Shown here piece after piece: positions 1-10,557 of a stretch of 64,000 bases of DNA. The stretch's first letter is position 1, and every line of letters starts with the position of its first letter. The stretch is taken from the NCBI GenBank assembly GCA_951804945.1, contig OX638149.1:117056001-117120000 (forward strand). Direction: 5' to 3'. Source of the stretch: Podarcis cretensis. Lineage: Eukaryota. Below the pieces are notes generated by a model. The model worked only from the letters and a program-made list of their open reading frames with translations, was not told the DNA's origin and made no database searches. Made by a program: the position numbers and the translations under genes.

Positions 1-375
1 CATCATGGGTTTGAATGTTCCAACCACTGAAAACCATTGTGTCAGGGAAAGCTTTCTAGCCTAGTCGTCGTCCTGATGTGCTAGTTTTCTACAGCCAAGA
101 AGTTGCTGTTGTTGTTTTAATATGGCAGAGGTTTCAAACATCACAGTACATGTGGCTAATCTGTGCATGTGCAAATCAACTCTTTGCCTGTTGCCCAACA
201 TCTCTTTGTTGAGCTACAGCTAGCAACTGGTCCTCTCTCCTCCAGATCTAGTTACCTTGCACTACGTGTCACATAAATGCTGAAGAACCTGCATGCAACC
301 ACAGAAAGGAAGGAATGGAATCTATCTTGCTAGAAATTAGTTGCATGATTATGTATATATTTTTTAAAATTATAG

Positions 376-660
376 CTCCCGAGCCACCCCAGATTGAGAA
401 GGAGCTTCAGCCAGCCACCGTGGAGTCTGGAAAGCCAGCCCGCTTCTGTGCTGTTGTGTCAGGAAAGCCGCAGCCCAAGATCTCGTGGTACAAAGATGAA
501 CAGCCTCTTTCTTCAGGCTTTAAGGTCAAATTTCTTCATGATGCCCAAGAATACACCCTGTTGCTGATCGAGACTTTCCCAGAAGATGCTGCCGTTTACA
601 CGATTGAAGCGAAGAACGACTATGGAGTCGCCACTTCTTCTGCGTCCCTTTCTGTGGAAG
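376..660 (+). CDS. TTN: TTN Ig exon (about human exon 42), 285 nt, GC donor
   Basis: tatag|CT CCC GAG; [19 protein letters not shown]...SASLSVE; ends AAG|gcaagc. Confidence 0.93.
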
Positions 661-769
661 GCAAGCTCTCCCAGCAATCTTGAGCATTTTTGAAACTGGC
701 ATTGTCAATATTTTGCACTGTGTGCTCTTCCATGGAGGCTAATAATCACTCTTTGATCTTTTTCCTTAG

Positions 770-895
770 TCCCAGAAGTTGTTTCTCCTGATGTAGAAGT
801 GCCAATTTACCCACCTACTATTATCGCACCACTCCGTGATGCTATTACTTCTGAGGGACAGTCTGCTTGCTTTCAGTGCAGAGTTACAGGGACAG
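770..895 (+). CDS. TTN: TTN exon (about exon 43), 126 nt, N-terminal half of an Ig domain
   Basis: ccttag|; VPEVVSPDVEVPIYPPTIIAPLRDAITSEGQSACFQCRVTGT; |gttagt; not in ORF track. Confidence 0.93.
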
Positions 896-2089
896 GTTAG
901 TTTAACAAAGTCATAAAACACTTTTGTACTCCTTGTTCGACCCGGTGCACTTAGTAGGTTAAAAAACAGCAACAAGCAAACAAACCAGTTACTGAAGCCA
1001 GGCTTCCCATAGCCATGTAGATTCAGTTGTGTGTATACAATAACCTAACTTGTCTTATACTGACCAAGAGGTCCCATAGCCAGGGACTCCATTTTGCAGT
1101 GCTAAACATTAAAATGGTAGGCACAGTTGTAATCATCCTTCCACTTTTAATTCAAAGCGGCATTTTGCTACACTCTCCTAGGTTTCAAATGAGCCTGAAA
1201 AATGAACAAAGCCTTGGATGTCAGCTTCTGACACAACTTTGCCGTGGAAAGAATGGATCTTCACTGAGCAATAATTCTCACTTTACTTTTTGCACTTGGG
1301 TACATGTACTCAAGTAGAAATTCATGTGTGTTTAAATATGTAGGTTGAATTAGGAAGAAGATAATTAGAATTGTGTCCTTTAATTCCAAAATGAATTTTC
1401 AGTAAAGGATCATGTCCTTTTCCTAGCAGACACATGCCATTATTTTTTTTTAAAGGAGAGACATACACTTCATGTGTCTCTCATTTTTCTGGGAATATAT
1501 ATATATAACGAGAAAGGCGTTCCATGACTAGGAAAGTTGCTTGAAAAGGAATGTGGAAGAGAGATTAGAACCTATCCAAAATATTACTTGCAATCCATTC
1601 TGACCTCTCAACTTCATAATACTTCACTGTGTGATGTGAATTTTGCACTTAGTTACACGTACTTGAGTACCAAAAGTAAAGTGAGAATCAGCCCATGCTT
1701 CAGACATTTTATGGCTAAAAGAATTTATGTTACTCCTGCCCTGTCCACCATATTTCATGGAATCCAAGGATCAGCTAAACTAGCTCTGAAACCGAACCAT
1801 TGATAACCAGTACCCCCAGTAAACCAGATATCTAACTGCAGAATGATCTCATCATATATGCAAAAGTCTTGGGCAAATTAAAATCACGTATGCTCCAATA
1901 TCTTGCTGGTATGGGATCCCTAATATGTACACAGGGCTCCTTATAAAAGAGCTTCTATAGGAACAAAGAGCTATGTACTCTTTGTTGAAATGGGGCCAGT
2001 TCATCTGAGAGAACATAGACCTCTTGATCCACAGTCCTGGGTCACCAGCAGTTCTGATCAGTTTGACTGTTTGCATATGGTTACAGATA

Positions 2090-2093
<4 letters not shown>

Positions 2094-2135
<42 letters not shown>
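2094..2135. repeat. (GA)21 microsatellite
   Basis: Direct reading. Confidence 0.95.
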
Positions 2136-2138
<3 letters not shown>

Positions 2139-4015
2139 TGAGCAGTCTAGATATCTGGGTAAATGCCCCCTACCCCCCAAAACACTGAGCTTTATATAAT
2201 TTTAAGAGAAGAATGAAGTGCCACGTCATAATTTTAAAACTATCAGTAGTGCCACAATAGTTCAACTTGCATATAAAAACACTCATTATAGTTCTTTTAA
2301 TTCTCCCAGTGAACTTACTGAAACTCACACAATACTTCCTTCTTGCATATTTTAAAATTTGGATTAGATAGATTTTTTAAGTATAGATTTTAATAAGACG
2401 CACATAAAAATCCAAATGGACGATTCGCTTTTAAATTAGATAAATACAGATATGTACTCGAAATGAGATATTATCCCTAGGAAAACAATTCGTGAACATA
2501 CGATCCATTTGCACGATGGGTGTATCAGTGATGAACTGAGGATCCCGAAAAGGGCTCAAAAAGTTCTATTCCCCCACCTGCCCTGCTCCAGCCTGCACAT
2601 GCACAGAGAGCACAAAATGACAGGGATGGGGTACCTGTGGCCTTTTGGATTCCAACTCCCATCAGCCCCAGCCAACATGGCCAGTGGCCATGGATGATGA
2701 GAAATGGAACCCAACAACATCTGGAGGGTCACCGTTTCCCCATTCTTGCTTTGAGAGTTACACATATGCCAAGCAGAAATGAGTTGCACTGTGCAGGGGG
2801 CAGAAAGAGGGAAAGTAGCTTGGGGATGAAGAAGGCATGCACAGACCACTCATTTCCCCCAGACATAACAACTATGCTGCTCTCCATGTGCCCAAGTTGA
2901 TATGTAGGTGGGATATACGGGTAAAGAAAGGAACTTCCAGGCATTGGTTGGCGCTACGCTCAAGGTGCATATGGATCATGTCCCTAACTACAAAAAGAAA
3001 ATTCTGATAGGACTTTTAAAAACATGTCATCATAAAAAGCATGTAGGAGTTTACACTGAAAATATTGGCAAATTTTGAGCTGTGCAAAAGCATGTCAGAA
3101 TGATTTATGTATATATACATATATATACTCATATGGGTATATATATCATTTTGATGTGCATGTTGAAAGCTACAGCATTTCTATATGTATATATTTGTGG
3201 AACCAGAGCATGGGGAATTGTTCTTGGGAACGCCCGCTCTCTTTGTATTGTTCATGAATGTTTCTGCATATGACTCAGTACAGCATGAAATTATCCTTAG
3301 AATAGTTCTTTGTCACGGCCCAGATCAAACCTGCTCATGTGCTCCTCCACTGCCCCCAAATATCCAAAGCTGCCAGTTTCCAGAATAGTATTGTTCATTT
3401 TTCATGCTCACTGAAATTCTGGATGAAAAAGGAGAACAAAAGTTTGAGGTTCACTAGGTGTACACGGAGGATAGAACTACACGTGATGCTCAACATGGGA
3501 CTGCCACCAACAGTGACCTGTGTCTTCCCCTGCCTTTCCCTGAAATACTTTAATCAGACTTCCTATGCCATTTCCCTGGCTCCACATCATTGGCTGTTGC
3601 TTGCAGGGGTAAGGGAACACCAGGTGGGGATAAGTGGATTTCCCAAAATCAGTGAGAATATTGCTCAAAATTGGCATCAATCCTGGTACCACTTCTCCAC
3701 CAGCTGTTGAAGGCGGCAGGGTGGGTGGCACAGGTGGCAGCGGGAAACAACATGGATTGATCTAACAGTGCATTCTTAGGCTTCACTTTTCAGAAATCAG
3801 TCCTGTTGAATTCACTAGGACTTGTTTCCAGAAAACTGTGTATTGCAGCCTAAACATTACAGTGGAGGGGGAAGAACTCAGTGCAGTGTTGCCGTATCAA
3901 GTATCTCTTTAGTTCTGATCTCCCAACTTGTTCATCAGTTTGCTCCCCAAGTGAAACTAGAAACCTTACATGTATATCTCTCTCTTTTTTATTTTGTTTA
4001 TTTTCACTTGAGCAG

Positions 4016-4204
4016 ACCTCAAAGTAGCTTGGTATAGCAAAGACAAAGAGATCAAGCCATCCCGCTTCTTTAGGATGACTCAGTTTGAAGACACTTTCCA
4101 GCTTGAGATTGCAGAAGCATACCCAGAGGATGAAGGAATTTACACCTTTGTCGCAGGCAATTCTGTTGGCCAGGTGTCAAGTACAGCTGCACTGAAGCTG
4201 GAAG
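4016..4204 (+). CDS. TTN: TTN exon (about exon 44), 189 nt, C-terminal half of the Ig domain
   Basis: Long pyrimidine tract, gagcag|; DLKVAWYSKDKEIKPSRFFRMTQFEDTFQLEIAEAYPEDEG...LKLE; |gtacag. Confidence 0.95.
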
Positions 4205-5610
4205 GTACAGAGTACTGTCTAAATAGACACTGTGTAAATTTGCATGTGTTTTAACATTAATTTATATTTATATATATCTTTAAAACTACGTGTAATTGTC
4301 TGTCATGTCAGTGTCTTATAACTCGAATAACCAACCCCATTGTCTGATGTCGATAGCGCCCATCTGGTCTCCACAGTATAAATTCTGCAGAGTGTCATTT
4401 CACGTTGTTCCAGTGTTCCATAGTTTTCATCTTTCCATTCTGTTTCCAATGAGTATCCAGCACGCACCAAAGATAAACGAATAAATAAACCCCCTCTGAC
4501 ATAACCAGATTCCCAGAATTTATTTGTCATGCCAAATCACATTTCTGTTCAAAGGAAGTGAAGGCGTGTATCTAAAGAACTGTGCGATATAACTCAATAC
4601 AGACAATGGGGGTTTAGGTTTGTCAAACAGGAGCACTCCCAGTCCCATGTTGTGTGGCAAACCAATTCCGAGACTGAGGTCAGAAGGATGCCTATTGCCT
4701 GCCAATGCTAAAAAGCAGTGTCCCAGAGTCTCCTCCTCCTCCTTTTTTGTATCTTGCAATACAAAAATGTGTGATGTGCTGATTGTTCTTTCCGCCTGTT
4801 TACAAGTGGGAAGCTCATCACAAAATGAGGCCACATCACATGGTTTTTACATTAATACATGCTAAAAGGGAACAAAGAGAAGATGTAGAGCTGAGATGGC
4901 TGCAGCCACCATGCATGTGCCATAATATCTAATTCTAGTTTTGCGAGGCATGAGGGTGCTTAAAAAGCAAATTGTGATATGGCATGTGGATGATGAGCGA
5001 ATCTGTTTATTTTCTGTCCGTGTCACTTTCACACATGACTCCGTCCCATTTCCACATTAATTAAACGACATTAAATAATTAGGCATCGCTAATGTTGGCG
5101 AAATTGCATTTATGTATGAAAAAGACGAGCACCTTACACTGAAAATAGAAATGAATGCCCCGTTGAAAAGAAATGTCTAACCTCCTTACCATTCCAACAC
5201 CTGCTGAAACACAAGGGGAAGCCCAGAACCTGCAATACAATATTGATTTTGTTGCTGTTTTTCAGGGTAATATATCTAGAATGATTTGAAATGCCTGTAG
5301 CAGGCATTAAAATCATTGGGATTTAATTGACTTGCATCATGCCAATTCAAATGTGAATATTTGTCAGAGGAAACAAATATTCAGATACGTGACACGAAGA
5401 GCATTTATACATTTAAACTCAGCTGGTTTTCAAATGTTTTGCTTTCCACTCTGCTTGTACCCAGAGCCTAAACATTGTCACTTAGGGAAAGGACGAGTGT
5501 CATGCTGTAAGAATGTGTTTGTAAATAAAGAGAAAGGGCATGTAGGGCGGCTAGAGAAAATTGACTGGTGTGCAGGGTAAGAAATTAAAAGTTGACATGC
5601 TTCTTTTCAG

Positions 5611-5982
5611 GCTTTAAGGTTGAAGAAGTTACCTCACATTCCCAAAGGCATGTTTCTTCATCTTTCTCCATTAAGAAGGACCCCGTTGCCCAAAGGCCCA
5701 ACTTTATCCAGCCTATCTCAAGCTGCAGAGTATGCAGCGGGGAAACAGTCAGATTCCAAGCCAGGGTTTCCGCCATGCCGAAACCAGAAATCCTCTGGTT
5801 TCATAATCAACAGCTAATGTTGCCAACCAAAGGCGTAGTTTTCCATTTTGATGAGTCGACAGGCACAGCCACATTGATAATAGTAGATGCTTTCTCAGAA
5901 AATGCCGGGCAGTACTCTTGCAAAGCCAGAAATAGTGCTGGAGATGCAACTTGCATGGCTACACTTACAGTGACTGCTGAAG
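5611..5982 (+). CDS. TTN: TTN Novex-1 exon (exon 45), 372 nt
   Basis: ttttcag|; GFKVEEVTSHSQRHVS...GETVRFQARVSAMPKPEILWFHNQQLMLPTKGVVFHFDESTG resembles mammalian Novex-1; |gtaaag. Confidence 0.93.
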
Positions 5983-6655
5983 GTAAAGCCCCGCTTTTGT
6001 TCCTAGGGAATTCTGTTTGTTGCATAAACCACACTTTTTCTACACTGTGACTAATGACCTTCTCTTCTTCCTCGTTTCACACTTTTTTATTTTATTTTTA
6101 GAACTAGCAGTGCCGTCACTAATGTCAGTAGTCCTAGCGGTAACCAAATAAACCACTCTCGTTTCCTGTACTTTCAAAGTGTCGTGTCATGTAGAACTTG
6201 CATCCTGGTCTATTGCTCAGATAATACACCTGTTTTTTGGTAGACTAAACACACGCACACACTTCAAGGCAGTGAGTTGTTGGCAGTTGGTAGCATTCTC
6301 TGACGTTTGCTCTACTCGGTTTTTAAAGGGAAAGAAGGGATATTGTTAGGGTATCAAAAAAAAAAAAATGCCTTCAAATTGCCATGGACAACTGCAGTGG
6401 AAAGAAGAGTCAAATAATTACCACATATTACCAGCATGAGCATATTTCATTTTTTCCCATCCATCATTGTGGCTGTTCTTTTTTGTAAAATATTTGCTGC
6501 CTCCTGAGGGCACCTTTAATGAATGCAGCTGGCATGCAAGGCTTTCAAAGGAAGACATTTCATTCTTATCATCTATGGCATAGCGTTTTGCTTTTAACGT
6601 GGCCCACTGCAGTGCATTAGATATTAATCATATGTTTTGTTACTTGATTACACAG

Positions 6656-7234
6656 TGCAAGCCTTAGATAGGCTAAGTTCTGGGAAAGATGTAAAAGAGT
6701 CTATCCAGGCAAAATCAGAAGTGCATATTGCTTCCCCCTTTGCAAAGAAGGAAACTCAAGTGTATGTAAAAGAAATTAAGTCCAAGCAGGAGGCGTCACG
6801 GGAAATGGTTGTGCAGGCCTTTGAACACCTTTCTGGAACTTCTACTGTGAAAGCTGAGATTGGGACGGAAGGAGAAAGCTTCAGTGCCACAGCCATTACT
6901 CAGAAGTCAGAAAGCACCATGGTATCTGCAACCTCAATTCAAGTGCTGAGAGAGGCGCCCCCAAAGATTCTTCTGAAACTTCATGATCTCACTGTGAGAT
7001 GCGGCGACACTGCTCAGTTTATGTGCGCTTTGGAAAGCGAAAACTTCTCGGACGTTTTGTGGTCCCACGAGGGAGAAACTTTACAGGAATCTGAACGAAT
7101 AAGGCTGTCACAAAATGGAAGTGTTCTCTTCCTCACTATAAGCAATGTCCAACTTTTAGATCAAGGACTGTACAGCTGTACTGTTCGTAACGACTATGGA
7201 GAAGTAACAACAACTGCTATACTAACCGTAGAAG
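6656..7234 (+). CDS. TTN: TTN Novex-2 exon (exon 46), 579 nt
   Basis: cacag|; VQALDRLSSGKDVKES...LTVRCGDTAQFMCAL...SQNGSVLFLTISNVQLLDQGLYSC resembles Novex-2; |gtggtt. Confidence 0.93.
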
Positions 7235-8428
7235 GTGGTTATCTGATTTTTAACATTATATGATGTTACTTCATTTCATCCTCATCATCACTGCCTGTAG
7301 CTCCTGTGCTAGTATTTAATTTAGAATTACAGTTTTGAGTTCCATTTCCCCCAACCCTCTACATTTCGGGCTCTATTCATAAAGTAACCACATGCACAGG
7401 TACTCTGTGTAATTTGCTAGTAAAGTAGGAACCATACCTTCCCCTGGCAAGTTACAGAGGTATCGGGTTCATCTCCAAAAGCAAGGACTAGTCAATTTGC
7501 AGTGAAATACTGAAGCAATTTGGAAGTTTCCTATAGGATCAAAGAAAAGTACAAGAAGTTGTTTACAATTATTTCTTCTTTACTGGCTGTTAATTTTTGT
7601 GAAAGCTTTTTTAAAAAAAAACAACATGCTATGTAGTCTAACTTTTAATTTAGGCTATTCTAGTTTACAAAGAGTTTTATGCAGATATTGACTGCCATTA
7701 ACAGAACCATTCTCTGAATGCCCTTTCCCACCCATACCAGTTTTCTTTTAAAATTGGAATTTTGCATCTTTTTTTCATTCTTTTATTGACCACAACAATT
7801 TGTTACGGTTAAGGCAAAGAAACTTCCACATGTCATGTGCCTTGCTTTTCCTTATCCAACACCAGATGATGAAGGTGCCACAAATGTTTTTACCTATAGT
7901 CCCCTCTTGTGTTTAAGCAATGAAGACTAAGAATTGACTTTTGGTTTTCTTCTCATGGCATGGAAATAGCTGCACGATTAGCACACAGAAGAGTAGGAAC
8001 AACAACTTGAACCCCAAACAGTGCCAAATATCCTGCTTTTACAAACTGGTGGATTTCCTGACTTTTCTACACATCACTGAAAAGCATTGCAGCTGCAGCT
8101 GCCTTCTAGGCTATGCAGAAGAAGCCTTGACTAAAACTGAAGATGTCCTTGTAAAAATTACTGTGGGCCAATCCTATTTCCTCTGATGTCAGTGACGCAA
8201 ATCCTGTGGATCTAATTGCACCTTCTATTTAACCTGGCATGAATAGAGCCCTTAAATGTGGAACACGATAGTATAAAAGACTGAAAATTCAATTGTTTTT
8301 TGCACTAACACGCTGAACATTCTTTTTACCATACTAATGGCTTTTATATACATATATATTGCTGAGTATAGATTTTTTTTTTTTTGCTGCAAAACATCTA
8401 ATCTTATCCTAACTTTATTCTTGCCTAG

Positions 8429-8950
8429 CTAAAGAAGCACAAGCCAGAACAGTAACAAAAATTACCCTTGAAACAGATACTAAAAGCATTAAAACAAGCA
8501 AAGAGTCTCAGATTAAAACAGCCTATGAATATAAACAAGAGTCTTCCACGGAAACAACGAGCGTGACAATATCTACAGCTCAAAAAGCACAAGAAGCTGA
8601 GAAACTGAGGATCAGAGACTACTACCCTGATGTTGTGCCGTGCGAAGACATCGCCGAAACTGGTGCCACAGTACCAGTCTTCCTTGAAACTCTGCCCCCA
8701 GAAAGCTTTGTCAAAGAAGGAGATAATGTCTCGCTGTTCTGTGTAATCAAGGGGTTCCCTACACCTTGTGTCATCTGGCTGTATAACCAGCTAATAGTTG
8801 AGGATTCCGCATTGTGCTCTTTGAGGCACGATGGCCCACTGTGCAGTTTAAACTTACTGAAAGTTAAAGAGAATCAGAGGGGTATATACAAGTGCAGAAT
8901 AGTTAATTCTGCGGGACAAGCCGAGTGCAGCACACATCTGAGAGTGACAG
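8429..8950 (+). CDS. TTN: Additional Novex-like TTN exon (linker + one Ig domain), 522 nt, phase 1-1
   Basis: cctaac branch-like site, ttgcctag|; open 174 codons AKEAQARTVTK...PVFLETLPP...FCVIKGFPTPCVIWLYN...GIYKCRIVNSAGQAECSTHLRVT; |gttggc. Confidence 0.85.
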
Positions 8951-9224
8951 GTTGGCAACTGCATGTTCCTTCCATATACTCCTCTTGTGTACCGTCGTTG
9001 AAACCTGTTCAATCCACAGTCCGTGATATAATGAAGCGGTTGTGGATTGTTGAATATTTTCCTCATGGTGTTAAAGGCATGTTAAAGGCATGTTGAATTA
9101 GAAAAAGAAAGAGACGGAGAGGGTGGGGATAGGGAAAGGCTCCTTTAAAATGCTGTGGGGGGAAATCCCCAGTACTTTAGCATCCTCCCACTATTTGTTT
9201 TCAACTTATCAGGCACTTCCTGGC

Positions 9225-9262
9225 ATGTATGTGTATGTATGTATGTATGTATGTATGTATGT
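9225..9262. repeat. (ATGT)n microsatellite
   Basis: Direct reading. Confidence 0.9.
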
Positions 9263-9365
9263 TTATGTGGTTTTTTCCTCCCCCTGTCAATGCAACATTT
9301 TTATTTTCTTCTCTTGCAACATTCAACTCGCTTTCCATTAAATCACACTTTTATTTTTATTACAG

Positions 9366-9422
9366 CCCTGGAAAGAGTTCTGCAGGAGAAGATAGAACAA
9401 CAGATTGAAATGGAAGTGAAAG
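9366..9422 (+). CDS. TTN: TTN exon 47 equivalent, 57 nt
   Basis: ttacag|; ALERVLQEKIEQQIEMEVK; |gtacag; size and peptide match the short exon preceding Novex-3/N2B. Confidence 0.93.
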
Positions 9423-10557
9423 GTACAGTCGCACACAAACGTTTATATGGAAAGGAAGGTTTAGCATTAAAAAAAACCCCAGTAACCCCTTTGAAAAGCT
9501 GATACGTATGACCAAGAAAGCAAAACATATTCTGAAGCATATCTGAATATGCCGCATGTTTTGTTTTAATATGCTCAGGATAACCTGCATTATTACAAAA
9601 AGGATACAAGTTTTAAAGTCCATTTAAAACTTTTCATTTTCACAGATTTGCCCGTCTTTACTTTCACGTCGTGCTATGCAGCTGGTTGCAAAAGCTTTTC
9701 TTTCGTATACCTTCTTGTAATGCATGGGACAATTTTAGACTGTTGCTTCGGATGGTTTCAGAACACATTAGTCCTCTAACATGAATGAGTTGGTCAAAAA
9801 CCATGGGCTGGCATCTGTTTAAGATGCAACACTTTGCAAGATGGGAAAGGGGCCTGTTTCCATTGTTGACCTCCCATTTCATGAACATGATATTAATTCT
9901 CCTTTATGGAAATTCTTACACTGGCTTGCAGATAGCATAGTTGGGCCATGTTGCTTGCTTTCTTTCCTTTTTTCTTTTTTTGCATAACATTGTGAAGTTA
10001 GCAGCTGTATTAGTTCGAATAAACGCCTTCTCATTTTGTTTTAGCAAATTACTTACAGTTGACTTTTTTTTCATATCTTTGAAAAATATCTTTTCTATTG
10101 TTTGACCATTTTAACCCACAATCAAAGGGATCAGAAAGGGCGTTTATTCTACTGTCTGCAAGTCAGGTAAGATTCCCCTCCCCTTCTTTGCAAAGAAGAA
10201 ATGCAAAAATAAAAAAATACAAAAAAATAAAAAGCTTTTCAGGCAGTAAAACATGCACCCACAGGAACATGTCATTTTGAGATTCATTTTGCTTGTTGAT
10301 GAAGAAATTTCCGCAGTTGGAAGAAAGAACCGACAGCGAACGATTTTCGTGTCAGAATCTTTAAAACAGAGCAAGGCGTTGCGTTTATTCGAACAAATAT
10401 GGTGAGTGAATTTTTTTTTTAATGGATTTGTGATGAATCTGTTGCATGCTCATTATTTAATTTCATTTATAGCTATTTCATTTCTTTTCATTTTTTTTTC
10501 CCAACTGTGTGATGGAAAGGACGGAGTACGCTGTAATGTAATGGTATTCTTTTGCAG

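Noticed and set aside
4010-4015. NAGNAG tandem acceptor at exon 44
   Set aside because: The upstream triplet is GAG, rarely used as an acceptor
10399-10401. ATG-only first exon making an internally initiated Novex-3 (Cronos-like)
   Set aside because: ATG| ends in phase 0 but Novex-3 and N2B need phase 1; that frame stops after about 25 codons
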